A DNA stretch of 64,000 nucleotides, taken from NCBI GenBank assembly GCA_009917695.1, contig JAACJG010000007.1, positions 101,750-165,749 of the forward strand. Direction: 5' to 3'. The translations under genes and the position numbers were made by a program. Of the stretch, positions 51,648 through 61,956 are shown in pieces. Position 1 is the stretch's first letter. Every line of letters starts with the position of its first letter. Below the pieces are notes generated by a model. It saw only the letters and a list, made by a program, of their open reading frames with translations. It was not told the origin of the DNA and ran no database searches. Source of the stretch: Candidatus Rifleibacterium amylolyticum. Its GTDB lineage: Bacteria; Muiribacteriota; Ozemobacteria; Ozemobacterales; Ozemobacteraceae.

Positions 51648-53722
51648 CAGTCAAGTAACCTCGGAAATTCGAGACTGAACATGAGCAGCGGTTGCTCTGA
51701 TCCTGATTCGGCCGCCTGCCGTGGTAGTGCCGCCAGTTCTTCGGCATAGACTATGTTAACGCCACGCGAACAGGCGCCGGCAACCGTTCCGGCCGCTATT
51801 CTCTGCATCGCGACATTGCCCTTTATGGTGACTGGTGCAGAACTGCCATTTCCGGCGAACTTTACCTGACCAATATCAGAGCCATCACCGGCGGCAGTCA
51901 AGCCGACATCGAGCTCACCATTGACGCTGCTGTCGATAATTATATTGCCTTTTTTAGCGACAAGGTTCAGCAAAAACCGGCCGCCATCAGCCTTGACACT
52001 GTTTCTGACCTCGATATCACCCTCTTCGAGAACAATGCCGCCATGGCTGATCAGGCGCAGAGATTCGTCTATGACTATTTTTCCGGCTGGCGCACTGATA
52101 TGAAGCCAGCCGTTAAGATCCAGTTTTTTGTCGTCTGCGAGATAACCGCGCTTCTGTAACAGCGCAACCAGTTTTTCTCCCCGTGGCAGAACGACATCGG
52201 CCATTCCTCGATCGCCAGGAATCCTGATCTGGTTAAGCATGGCCTTCATTGCCGACAAATGCTGAATCTCATCGTAGATCGTGGAAAATGGTGGCGGTAT
52301 TTTTTCGGTAAGACCTTTTTCAACAGCCTTGCCGCTGATAAAGTCATGCAACGGATCAGATGGCGGGATTCTTCCGGAATCAAGAGGCCAGGCATTATTG
52401 TAATTGGTTAAAATATAGCCCAGTGCGCGGTTATAAGGCACCTCGATCAGACAGCTGGCATAATCGCGGTTATACTGACTGCGGCTGAGCGCGGCGCCAT
52501 TGTTCTGGTCAGCATAGTTGTTGATGAAATAGCTTATATCAAAATCTTCGCCACCAGCGCTTTTATAATCTTCATACTGGCCATCATCATAAGTATAGGG
52601 CAGAGGGCCAAAGTTCTCGTGGCTTTCCCGGTAAGCCTTGCCGCATATTGTGCGGGCAGCGAGGTTACCAAAAACAATCGTAGGCGAACGCTCCTGATCG
52701 GTGCCAAAAAGCTTGAACAGCGACGCCTTCGCCGACATGTCGGCATAGCCACTTTTGATGAGATCATACCAGGAAACAGAATCGGCATTATTGTAATCGG
52801 TTTTACACAGCCCGGTTTCACAGTTCAACAGCGACATCGGTCCGAGTTCGCCAATCTTGTAGAAACCGTCGCGACGACCTTCACCAAGAAGATGAAAACC
52901 TTCTCCGTAGGGGCCGTCGCTCCATCCGCGCGCAATGCCAAGGTTGACTCTTCCTCCGCCCATGTATACGAGGCCGCGGGAAGATTTAACAAAATCGGCA
53001 AAATTTTCAGGGAAACTACTGTTATTGGAGTTTTTAAGCACCCAGGGGCGATATGCAGTTTCGAGAAGTTTGCCGTTTTCATCGTTAACTACCAGGTTGA
53101 AGCGTTCTTCGTCTCTTCCGCTCCGGGCGTCTTTTACATAGAGCGTGAATTTCGACAGCACCGGTATCAGGTTGGCTACCACCTTGATTTTGATTGTATA
53201 CAGATACTCTTCGGTGATTTTTTCACGTGAGGCGGGAGCCAGATATTCAACCACGATTGGAATTCTTATCAAACCAGCCTTTTCACGTGGATATGCTGAG
53301 TTAATCGACTTAAAATCATCCTTTTTTACTTCCCAGTTGACCTGCCAGCTGATTTCGTTAAGTTCGCTGTTCGCGGCCTCCAGTCTTCTGACCAGCTGAG
53401 AAATAAAAGGAGTGAAGACAATCTTGTCGCTGCTGCTCCCGCTCATCGCCGAGATCGGCTTCTCCAGACTTTTAACCAGCTTTCCGGAAAGGTTGTGAAT
53501 TTCTTTTTCCTGGAGATGATGGCAGGCCAGGTTGGCCAGGGCAGCCGAGAACTCACGGGCGAGCAGAATACGATTCAGCCTTTTGGTGGCATATTGCCGA
53601 CTGCTCGAATACTTGATAAAGGCGCCAAAAAAAACCAGCAGCGCCAGAACTATGCCGCCGACCATTACAGCAACGCTTCCGCGTCGTTTTTTTATTGCCA
53701 CGATTATCTGCATTTTCCCCAA
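51647..53722 (-). CDS. Large exported protein with TadE/TadG-like N-terminal anchor and C-terminal beta-helix-like region
   Basis: 691-aa ORF. The N-terminus KKRRGSVAVMVGGIVLALLVFFGAFI resembles TadG/PilX-type N-termini. The C-terminal 150 aa have repetitive G/V/I-rich strands (GGIVLEEGDIEVRNSV...GNIIIDSSVNGELDVGL...VTIKGNVAM). Confidence 0.5.
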   Translation of the reverse strand: MGKMQIIVAIKKRRGSVAVMVGGIVLALLVFFGAFIKYSSSRQYATKRLNRILLAREFSAALANLACHHLQEKEIHNLSGKLVKSLEKPISAMSGSSSDKIVFTPFISQLVRRLEAANSELNEISWQVNWEVKKDDFKSINSAYPREKAGLIRIPIVVEYLAPASREKITEEYLYTIKIKVVANLIPVLSKFTLYVKDARSGRDEERFNLVVNDENGKLLETAYRPWVLKNSNNSSFPENFADFVKSSRGLVYMGGGRVNLGIARGWSDGPYGEGFHLLGEGRRDGFYKIGELGPMSLLNCETGLCKTDYNNADSVSWYDLIKSGYADMSAKASLFKLFGTDQERSPTIVFGNLAARTICGKAYRESHENFGPLPYTYDDGQYEDYKSAGGEDFDISYFINNYADQNNGAALSRSQYNRDYASCLIEVPYNRALGYILTNYNNAWPLDSGRIPPSDPLHDFISGKAVEKGLTEKIPPPFSTIYDEIQHLSAMKAMLNQIRIPGDRGMADVVLPRGEKLVALLQKRGYLADDKKLDLNGWLHISAPAGKIVIDESLRLISHGGIVLEEGDIEVRNSVKADGGRFLLNLVAKKGNIIIDSSVNGELDVGLTAAGDGSDIGQVKFAGNGSSAPVTIKGNVAMQRIAAGTVAGACSRGVNIVYAEELAALPRQAAESGSEQPLLMFSLEFPRLLD

Positions 53723-53829
53723 TATATACCATCAGGCAGATGCCTGTCACGAGATTGCCAGCCAGAAAAACCGGCCTTCGTCCACCAGGACGAAGGCCAG
53801 ACACTAACCAGTAACTACCGACAGAGCCT

Positions 53830-54777
53830 TCAGGGCAATTTGAAGGGCTCAACCTTAAAGCTGCCCTGCGGTGCTTCACCGAAATTGGCCACGCCAAGCC
53901 AGACATCTTCAGCATCCTGACGATCGATGAAGCGGTTCATGACGTAAGGAGGAGTAATCTCGCCGCTGGCTTTGACCTTGCCATCGAAACCCACACGCAC
54001 AATGACGAATTTACCGTCAAAGCCGGTGGCCGGAGTATAGGTGATAACACATTCTGCCGCGGCCTCATCAGCCCACCAGAGCTCAGGGTTCATATGCTCA
54101 GGCAGTTCAAGTTCGACTTCACCGGCGATTTCGCCGGTGATTTTCTGAACGACCAGCATCAGTTTTTTGCTTTCCTGTTCAAAGAACAGACGAAACAACG
54201 TATCAGCCTCGCCGGCGACAGCAAAGCCAGACCACTCCCAGTTGGTTTTGGTTACCAGCTTACCGGCGGCATCGAACAGCATTATTTCCTGAGCACCTTT
54301 ATCAGCAACAAAGAGGTGGCCGGTTCGACCGCTCTCGACTCTGAATGGCTGCACCAGCGCCTCATTTACTATTTCCCCCAGCTGTTTGCCAGAGACATCG
54401 AAATGCACCAGCTTTTTATTGATGCCATCGATGATCCACAGAGATTTAGTTGCGCCAGTATCGTCTTTTACCAGCGCGAAGTCTTCGATCAGACATTCAG
54501 CCGGTGAAGCGACCACGGCAAATTCGGCGACAAGCTTCGAACTGCGGTCGAGCTTGAGCATTTTGGCGCCAATGCTGTCAGCAACCCAGATATGCTCACC
54601 ATCGAGACGGAAGGCAAGAGGTCCGACCGGATACGGCTCTTCTTCGCCTGGATGATTCTTTTCGTTGAAATAATTGACCTTGCCAGCCCCTTCACCGTAT
54701 TCAAGGCTGATTTGAGCAGAAGCCGCAACAGTACAGACACAAAGTAACAATACAAACCAGATTCGTGTAGATCTCAT
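53830..54777 (-). CDS. Secreted hypothetical protein with NHL/beta-propeller-like repeats
   Basis: Signal peptide, then repeated blades IWVADSIGAKMLKLD, LWIIDGINKKLVHFD and LFVADKGAQEIMLFD. Confidence 0.45.
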   Translation of the reverse strand: MRSTRIWFVLLLCVCTVAASAQISLEYGEGAGKVNYFNEKNHPGEEEPYPVGPLAFRLDGEHIWVADSIGAKMLKLDRSSKLVAEFAVVASPAECLIEDFALVKDDTGATKSLWIIDGINKKLVHFDVSGKQLGEIVNEALVQPFRVESGRTGHLFVADKGAQEIMLFDAAGKLVTKTNWEWSGFAVAGEADTLFRLFFEQESKKLMLVVQKITGEIAGEVELELPEHMNPELWWADEAAAECVITYTPATGFDGKFVIVRVGFDGKVKASGEITPPYVMNRFIDRQDAEDVWLGVANFGEAPQGSFKVEPFKLP

Positions 54778-54803
54778 GAACTTGTATCCTTATCTAATAT
54801 CGA

Positions 54804-55676
54804 TCAGACTTTGCGCAATACGCGGCAGACCGGTGCGTAGGTAGCGGAATGAATCGCCGGCACCTTGCGTGATGACGAGTTGCTCATCGCCTGAACGCTG
54901 TTGCCGCTTTCGAGGATAATGCCAATGTGAGTATCATTGTCTTTGACGCCGTCGCCGGTGCGGTCATAGGTTTTCCAGGTAATAACGTCGCCAGCGCGGT
55001 AGGGAGGAACATTCACTTCCTGCCAGCCAAGAGCTTTAAGTTTGGGGATAGTCGCAAGAACACCGAGCTGAATACCGGTATTGACGCCTGCGTTCATAAG
55101 AGCGGTCGTGGCGACCTGAGCGCAACCGAGCGAACCGCCATTTGTAAGCGGATCGTAAGGGAAAGATCTCGGAGTGCTGTATCTGGTAACCAGATCGCGG
55201 GCAGCATTGACCACTTTTGAGGCAACACTTGAGCCAGGTGCACTGTCAACGCTTACAGCGCTGCCACTTGAGCTGCTTGAGCCTGAAGAAGCACTGCCAG
55301 GCGAGCCTGCTACGTAGCGCGAATGAATATAGCGGGTCTGGCCATTATGAGAAATCTTGTACCAATCGCCTTCCTTACCGATGATGTTAACTTCGTCGTT
55401 GTTGGAAAAGCCGCCGACAATCTGACCCCAGGGGCCGGTTCTGATGTTGAGTGAGGTTGACACCCGAACGTAGGCCTTGCCGTTCGGCAAAGTCGCCGTT
55501 GCGCTTTCAGGAGCCTTTTCGTCAGCTCTTGAACCAGAAAACCATGAGGTCCAGAGCGAGCGCGGTTGCTCAGATGGTTGATGATTTCTCAGAGTTTCAT
55601 TAAAATTCATCGCCAGAACCGAACCGCCGATAAGCACAAGAGCAAGACAGAGCAAAAATTTATTTCGTCTCATCAC
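54804..55676 (-). CDS. Secreted SH3b domain - CHAP/NlpC-P60-type cysteine amidase/peptidase (cell-wall hydrolase-like)
   Basis: Signal peptide. The SH3b segment is LNIRTGPWGQIVGGFSNNDEVNIIGKEGDWYKISHNGQTRYIHSRYV. A Ser-rich linker follows. Candidate catalytic Cys in GGSLGCAQVATTAL and His in DNDTHIGIIL. Confidence 0.6.
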   Translation of the reverse strand: MMRRNKFLLCLALVLIGGSVLAMNFNETLRNHQPSEQPRSLWTSWFSGSRADEKAPESATATLPNGKAYVRVSTSLNIRTGPWGQIVGGFSNNDEVNIIGKEGDWYKISHNGQTRYIHSRYVAGSPGSASSGSSSSSGSAVSVDSAPGSSVASKVVNAARDLVTRYSTPRSFPYDPLTNGGSLGCAQVATTALMNAGVNTGIQLGVLATIPKLKALGWQEVNVPPYRAGDVITWKTYDRTGDGVKDNDTHIGIILESGNSVQAMSNSSSRKVPAIHSATYAPVCRVLRKV

Positions 55677-55792
55677 GTCTCTCCTTTACGCAATTTCTCT
55701 TCCCGTCAATCAACTGTCGATGCTTTCTCAACTATAATACTCAGTGCAGAAAAAAAGGTTTTCACTAATTTCTCTTTCAGACAAGCCGCCGG

Positions 55793-58279
55793 TTATCTGG
55801 CAAAAATCACCAGCTGCCCGTCCGCAGTGTACCTGGCCTCGTCTACCTCGACGCCAATGAACTCGGTCTCGATAAAAGTCTCAGGTTCAGGCAAAACGAC
55901 GAGCAGATGCCGGCCGCTTTCTTCCTGAGCGAGCCATGTCTGATTGCCTTCATAATATTTCTGCAACTGCATCAGTATCTGATCTCCTGGCTTTGGCAGA
56001 CCAGGCAGTGGGTCAACGATCGGAGGAGCAATATCATCGCGTGGAATAGCCGAGCGGCTGGCTACTTCTGTTTCCGCAGCCTTACCAGCTGGAGGGCGTG
56101 GTTTTATCGGCTCAGACCCGCCAAACAGCATAAAAAGCATAGCCATACCAGCCATGGCACCGAGAACGTAAAGAGCTGGGCGCTGCCAGTCGATAACATC
56201 GACCTGTTCGGTTGCAGCCTTCCATTTGAGAGAATTCTTGATCTTTACCAGTTCTTTAGCCTGTTCCATCGAGGCTTTGCGCGCGGCATTCTCGCTGGCT
56301 TTCCGCGCGACGAATGATTCTATATCCTTTTCATTGGCGATTCCCGATGAAATCAGCAGATCATGCAGTTTCTGGCGCGCCTCCGCAAATGTCTTTTTGA
56401 GCTCAGGCCGCTTTGCCTCAAGATCGATAAAAGCGCACAGAGAATCGAGTTTGGGATTGGCCAGAAAAATTGCGATACAGGAATCGATGAGACCGACTTC
56501 CTGTTCGCGCTCCAGAAAAGTTACGAGATCAGGGAAAATGTAAGAAAAATCCATCTGAACGGTTGCTTCGAGCCCGTGCGTGCGCTTTGCCCGATCACGG
56601 CTTTCGAGCTGGTGTTTGATCAAAAACCTGGCGTATTCTGGAGCGGTCTTGCTGGTGGCGCTGATCAGAACATTTCTGATCAGAATCGATTCAGTGTTGA
56701 TGTGGCGGTTTACCAGCACGTGGAATTTATCCCAGTCGAACCTGGCCAGATATTCGAGACCGGCGGCAACATAGGCGTCAGAATCCAGCTGCAGGTGCTT
56801 TTCAGCCCGCTCTGTATAGCCAGGCAATTCTACATAGACAGCTGCCTTGAGAGCGGCGTGAACCAGTGCATCTGAAGAAGCCGGGTTGTCGAGTACCTCT
56901 TTGACAACCGCTTTCATTTCAGGCGTGCGCCGGAACCTGGCACGAGCCAGCTCTTTAATCTGCATAGCCTCACGATCGGTTGTGGAAGTAGCCTGGCCGG
57001 GCAGATCAGGCAAACCGGCCGAAGTTTCGGCGGGGGCTTCCACTGATTCTTCAGGCGCCGCTGCCCGCAGTTCTTTTGCCGGTTCGACAATGCTGTCTGG
57101 CTCAGCCGGCGCCGCCGACGTCTTCACTTCAACGGTTTTGGCAAGAAGTTCGATCAAATGCTCCCGGAGCACGTGATTCTGACATTTGGCAATGAAAGAC
57201 TCAACGGCAACGCGAATATCAGGGTCGCTTATGTTATAGCGAAGATGCCTTAGAATGGCTTCCTGCTCACCGGGGGTTTCGGTATCGTATGAGACCAGAA
57301 GGTTGTAAACCAGTGTTTGCGCCTGCAGGCGTCTTGAATGATCGTTGAGCTGCTTTTTGTAAGCAGCAAAATCGTCACACTGGCCGGACAATTCAAGATT
57401 TGTACAATAACTGACCAGAAATTTCCTGAGGAAATCTGCTTTTACCTGCGTGGTTCTGGCGATAATGCCAAGCAGAATGAAAGGAACTTCACGATCGGGG
57501 TTATTAAGAAGCACGGTACAGGCCAGCTTAAAAATCTCGGCATTGGTCTCGACCGTTATCAGATTGAGCAGGCTCTGCTTGATCAGCGAAAAATCAATCG
57601 TAGAACAGATCTGCAGGGCAGTAAGGCGATTGTAATGATCGCCTTTTTCCAGACAGTCGTTCATAAAATCAGCAGCCAGCTCAGGGAAATGCCTGCCCAT
57701 GCTCCAGATAGCCAGCGAGCGGATTACCGGATCGTTGATATGTACTATCTGTGCAAGACGGGTCTTGAGACTCTGTGGAAACAGCTGAACCAGTGTTTTA
57801 ATACAGGCCAGCTGCAGGCTTTTGCATTTTGAAAAAATGTTCTTTTCGAGATACGGCAGCAGCTCCTCAGGCCAGAACCGGCGAAATTTTCTGACAACAG
57901 TCGAAGCAACGACCGGATTTTGAGTAACTGTCAGCAGTTTCGGCAGTGTTACTTCCGGCCGCGAGTCTTTGATATCTTTGACCTTGATCGAAGCGATCAA
58001 ATTCAGCTGTTCCTGCAGCGTTGAGGCAGGAAACATCTGAATTATCTGATCGATCGGAAACGCCGGTTCCTTCGCATCAAAAATTTTGAGCTGATTCTGA
58101 TCGATGGCATGCTGAAGCAGCAGCTGGCACTCGGCATCCTGCTCGACCAGAAGGCATTCTTCCAGCAAAGCCAGAAGCTCAGAACTCGCCGTATCTTTAA
58201 GCGCAGACTCAATTGCCTGCAGCTTCACCGTCTTGACCGGCGCGGTCAACTCTCTTTTTAACTGTTCAAGATCAAGCAT
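55793..58279 (-). CDS. Large HEAT/ARM-like helical-repeat protein with one TM near the C-terminus and a ~110-aa extracytoplasmic tail
   Basis: 828-aa ORF. About 700 aa are helical repeats with an Ala/Pro/Glu-rich linker, then a TM (ALYVLGAMAGMAMLFMLFGG), then a C-terminal domain. I recognise no catalytic motif. Confidence 0.5.
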   Translation of the reverse strand: MLDLEQLKRELTAPVKTVKLQAIESALKDTASSELLALLEECLLVEQDAECQLLLQHAIDQNQLKIFDAKEPAFPIDQIIQMFPASTLQEQLNLIASIKVKDIKDSRPEVTLPKLLTVTQNPVVASTVVRKFRRFWPEELLPYLEKNIFSKCKSLQLACIKTLVQLFPQSLKTRLAQIVHINDPVIRSLAIWSMGRHFPELAADFMNDCLEKGDHYNRLTALQICSTIDFSLIKQSLLNLITVETNAEIFKLACTVLLNNPDREVPFILLGIIARTTQVKADFLRKFLVSYCTNLELSGQCDDFAAYKKQLNDHSRRLQAQTLVYNLLVSYDTETPGEQEAILRHLRYNISDPDIRVAVESFIAKCQNHVLREHLIELLAKTVEVKTSAAPAEPDSIVEPAKELRAAAPEESVEAPAETSAGLPDLPGQATSTTDREAMQIKELARARFRRTPEMKAVVKEVLDNPASSDALVHAALKAAVYVELPGYTERAEKHLQLDSDAYVAAGLEYLARFDWDKFHVLVNRHINTESILIRNVLISATSKTAPEYARFLIKHQLESRDRAKRTHGLEATVQMDFSYIFPDLVTFLEREQEVGLIDSCIAIFLANPKLDSLCAFIDLEAKRPELKKTFAEARQKLHDLLISSGIANEKDIESFVARKASENAARKASMEQAKELVKIKNSLKWKAATEQVDVIDWQRPALYVLGAMAGMAMLFMLFGGSEPIKPRPPAGKAAETEVASRSAIPRDDIAPPIVDPLPGLPKPGDQILMQLQKYYEGNQTWLAQEESGRHLLVVLPEPETFIETEFIGVEVDEARYTADGQLVIFAR

Positions 58280-58513
58280 TCGACTGTTTTCTGTAATGCC
58301 TTCAATACTTTTGTCTGGTAAGTTCCGTTGGAGTACATCCGAAACATTATAACCTGCACTCTATGCTACTGCAAATACAGACAAAAGCAAACAATCATCT
58401 TGAAAAAGGTTTTTCTGCGATCCATCAGATGAGGCTTCAATCCACGAGTTGAATTTACTGACTGAAGAAGTTACAATTCATGACGGTTACGGCTCCAAAG
58501 TTGTGAATTAAGG

Positions 58514-59863
58514 ATGTTTGACATGGCAAATGAGATTGGGCAACAGATAAACGCTTTTTTTAAAATGCCCCTGACGAAGGTTGCTGTCCTGGGCGTTCTT
58601 GTCTTTATACTGATGATGCCGGTTGTGCTCATTGATGGAGTAATTTCGGAACGTCGCTACTCACGCGATGAGGTTGTCCAGGAAGTAACTTCAAGCTGGG
58701 GTTACAACCAGAAACTGATAGGCCCATGGATCGTGGTGCCTTATGATTATCACTGGAGTGAAACAGATAAAGACGGCAAGGTCGTTGCGAGAAAGACGAC
58801 CCGCTATGCCTGGTTTCTTCCCGAGAGCCTCGATGTTATGGGCAAACAAACCACTGAAGTCAGATACCGGGGCATATACAAGGTTCCCCTTTACCGCGCC
58901 GAGCTTAAGTTCAGCGGAGGCTTTTCCAAGCCGGATCTCTCCACCTGGGCTGCCGATCCTTCCGATATTCAATGGAACAACTGTCATCTTGTTTTTCGAG
59001 TATCAGACGTCCGGGCTGTCGTAAGCCGAACCTACCTCAAATGGAACGATTTCAATCTTGAGTTTCAGCCAGGTTCAGGAGAATCTGCCGGAAATTTCCC
59101 GGGAATCCACGTTCCTCTTAACGAGAGCGTATTCAATGACTCAAACCAGTTTTCTTTCTCACTTGATCTTCAGGGCAGCGATGGTCTGTTTTTTGCGCCA
59201 TTCGGTCGTGACACCAGGGTGGCGCTTTCCGGCAACTGGCCTGATCCAAGCTTTAAGGGGCAGTGGCTTCCAAAAGACAGAGAAATCACGGCCAAAGGTT
59301 TTCAGGCCGAATGGCAGATACCTTTTCTGGGAAGAAACTATCCGGAAAAATGGGTTACCGGTCAGGGTATTGAAGATCAGATCGATGCAACAGCTTTTGG
59401 TGTAAATCTGCATGTAGCTATTGATGAATACAGAATGGCACAAAGAAGCGTTAAATATGCGATTCTCTTCCTGGTGCTGCTTTTTGCGGTACTCTGGCTG
59501 TTCGAGATAAGTGCGAAAATCGGTGTTCATCCGATGCATTATCTTTTTGTCGGCGCAGCAGTATGCCTGTTTTATCTTCTGGAGCTTTCGCTGGCGGAAC
59601 ACCTTGGCTTCGACACTGCGTATCTGGTGGCCTCAGCAATGATCATACTGCTTGTTTCAGGCTACTGCGTGAGTGTACTGGCATCATTTGTGCGCGCACT
59701 GATCGTGGCTTTTGTTCTGACGCTGCTCTATGCATACCTCCATGTGGTGCTGGTAAATCAGGATTACGCCCTTCTGCTTGGCTCACTTGGCCTGTTTGTA
59801 ACTCTGGCAATAGTAATGTTTGCAACCAGAAAGATAAACTGGGAAGGAGATTCCACCGGCTGA
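58514..59863 (+). CDS. creD: Cell-envelope integrity protein CreD
   Basis: 449-aa ORF. It has an N-terminal TM, then GVISERRYSRDEVVQEVTSSWGYNQKLIGPWIVVPY, a large periplasmic domain and a C-terminal 5-TM bundle, which is the CreD architecture. No creABC genes are adjacent. Confidence 0.75.
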   Translation: MFDMANEIGQQINAFFKMPLTKVAVLGVLVFILMMPVVLIDGVISERRYSRDEVVQEVTSSWGYNQKLIGPWIVVPYDYHWSETDKDGKVVARKTTRYAWFLPESLDVMGKQTTEVRYRGIYKVPLYRAELKFSGGFSKPDLSTWAADPSDIQWNNCHLVFRVSDVRAVVSRTYLKWNDFNLEFQPGSGESAGNFPGIHVPLNESVFNDSNQFSFSLDLQGSDGLFFAPFGRDTRVALSGNWPDPSFKGQWLPKDREITAKGFQAEWQIPFLGRNYPEKWVTGQGIEDQIDATAFGVNLHVAIDEYRMAQRSVKYAILFLVLLFAVLWLFEISAKIGVHPMHYLFVGAAVCLFYLLELSLAEHLGFDTAYLVASAMIILLVSGYCVSVLASFVRALIVAFVLTLLYAYLHVVLVNQDYALLLGSLGLFVTLAIVMFATRKINWEGDSTG

Positions 59864-60008
59864 CCCCCTCACCCATCAAAACCCGGAACATACTTTCCAC
59901 TAAGTGAAACACTTATGCATTTTCGGCAGAAATGTTGAGGTAGCACGAACATTGATATCGTGATTGGGTTCTCTGGAAAAGTAAACGGATTATGAGCCGC
60001 TCATCAAG

Positions 60009-60803
60009 TCATGCAGAGGCGGATTCGGGTTCCTGCGCACCGGCTGACGGGCGGCCGGCGAGCCAGTAGCCACCGCCAAGAATCAGAGCGCCGCCGATCA
60101 GATTGCCGAGACCGACCACGCCAAGATTGTAAAAATAGCCGGCCAGGGTGACATCAGCGCCGGGAGCAGCCAGCAGGCCTATTGTCAAAACGGTCATGTT
60201 GGCGATACTATGCTCGAAACCACTGGTAATGAATGCGAACAGACACCACCAGATCATGATCAGCCGGGCAGTCTCTTCTTTAAGTTTCAGACCGCACAAT
60301 ACCGCGAGACAGACCAGAATGTTGCACAAAAAGCCCTGAAAAAAAAGGTGCTGAAACGTTCCTGTCATCTTGCTGGCCGAAACCACACCGGCAAAAGCAC
60401 CAGTTGCGCCGGAAGCCTGCCCCGACCAGTAGAAAAGCAAAGAAACAAGTATGCTGCCGGCCCAGTTGCCGAACCATGACCAGAGCCATATTCTGGCGGT
60501 ATCAGACCAGGTTACCCTGCCGGCAAGACTGCCGGCAGCCATGATCATGTTATTACCGGTAAAGAGCTCAGAACCAGCCATGATGACCAGACTGAGGGCA
60601 ATCCCGAAACTGACGCCCATGAGCGTCTTTCTGATCGGATCATCGCCAAGCTGACCACCGATGGTCAATATCAGAATGATGCCGAGGCCCACATAAAAAC
60701 CGGCCAGCATGGCCAGTACGAAATAGCGCAGACGCCCGCCAGCGAGCAGATCACGTTTGGCAACCGCCAGATTCGTCATTTTTAAGAGAGTTTCCTGATG
60801 CAT
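60009..60803 (-). CDS. Formate/nitrite transporter (FNT) family channel, probable hydrosulfide/nitrite channel
   Basis: Start at MHQETLLKM. FNT signature FEHSIANM and about 6 TM segments. It lies immediately downstream of asrC. Confidence 0.8.
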   Translation of the reverse strand: MHQETLLKMTNLAVAKRDLLAGGRLRYFVLAMLAGFYVGLGIILILTIGGQLGDDPIRKTLMGVSFGIALSLVIMAGSELFTGNNMIMAAGSLAGRVTWSDTARIWLWSWFGNWAGSILVSLLFYWSGQASGATGAFAGVVSASKMTGTFQHLFFQGFLCNILVCLAVLCGLKLKEETARLIMIWWCLFAFITSGFEHSIANMTVLTIGLLAAPGADVTLAGYFYNLGVVGLGNLIGGALILGGGYWLAGRPSAGAQEPESASA

Positions 60804-60934
60804 ATTTTGCCTCACTATATAAATTTTCAGATTATCCGGCTGTCGCCAGACCGCCATATTTCAACCGCCAGAAACCGCACGCCAGCCAGATCGCAGCTGG
60901 TATGCTCAACCACTCAGTTCTTAAGAAAACCCCG

Positions 60935-61945
60935 CTAAGACTCTTTGATTAGCTTGAAGTTAGCGTCGTTTAGAGTATGGTAACCAGGCCACTGCATGGT
61001 TTTTGCCACGCGCGCACCCTTATTGAAACTGATACCAGCCAGCACTTCCTGCTTGAACACTTCCAGGCCGGTTCTGTCAACTATGTAACCGATATGCTCT
61101 TTCGGCAGACAGCGAAGAATGTGACGATCGATGTAAGCGATAGTGTTCCTGATCACCTGACATACGACATCTTCGCTGACCCGGTCAAGAAACGGCATGG
61201 CCAGACGCGGATTCTTCTTGCCTGTTCGCCCCATGATGAGCAACCGGTAGAGATTGCCGGGCCGGCGAGTCCAGGCTGCCGTCGGGCAGGCCAGTACACA
61301 CTCACCACAACCTATACATCGGCGCTCATCGCGATAAACTTTGCCATCGCGCATCGACAACGCGCCGGTCACCTTGCGCGAACATGCCTTAACACAGGCC
61401 TCGCAGCCAATGCAGTCATCATAGCTGTACACCGGCTCGCAGATGGAGATTATGCCAAAATCCTGCATGTGAGCCTTTATACAGTCATTCGGGCAACCGG
61501 TTACCGCAATTTTTACATGAAAATCGTTCGGAAAAAGTTCGCCCTCGAGTCGCTGCGCCAGCGCAGTCGTGTCGGCATTCGCAAATGGGCAGACGCGACT
61601 GCCGATACAGGCCGAGATGTTGCGCATGCCGGCGCCGGGATAACCGGCACCGACCGTTTCGATGACAACACCGTTTTTTACCTGCAGTTTGTCGATAACT
61701 GGAGCAAGAGCGGCATTCACTTCCGATATCCGTTCGAATGGTATATTGGGAATCTCGAAACCCTGGCGGGTTGTGATGTGCATGGTGCCATCGCCGAATT
61801 TTTCAGCTATTGCGGCGATGGTAGAGATCAGAGAAGCATCGAGGTGCCCGCCGGGAACCCTGATTCTGATCGCCGAATAATTGCGGCGCTTCGTGATACG
61901 GTAAGCATTTTTAGTAACTTTTTTTCGATTCAGATCGAGTGACAT
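60935..61945 (-). CDS. asrC: Anaerobic sulfite reductase subunit C (siroheme/[4Fe-4S] catalytic subunit)
   Basis: 336-aa ORF with HITTRQGFEIPNI (nitrite/sulfite reductase ferredoxin-like half domain) and ferredoxin motifs CIGCEACVKAC and CIGCGECVLACP. The size matches AsrC. Confidence 0.85.
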   Translation of the reverse strand: MSLDLNRKKVTKNAYRITKRRNYSAIRIRVPGGHLDASLISTIAAIAEKFGDGTMHITTRQGFEIPNIPFERISEVNAALAPVIDKLQVKNGVVIETVGAGYPGAGMRNISACIGSRVCPFANADTTALAQRLEGELFPNDFHVKIAVTGCPNDCIKAHMQDFGIISICEPVYSYDDCIGCEACVKACSRKVTGALSMRDGKVYRDERRCIGCGECVLACPTAAWTRRPGNLYRLLIMGRTGKKNPRLAMPFLDRVSEDVVCQVIRNTIAYIDRHILRCLPKEHIGYIVDRTGLEVFKQEVLAGISFNKGARVAKTMQWPGYHTLNDANFKLIKES

Positions 61946-61956
61946 GGTGGCACCTC

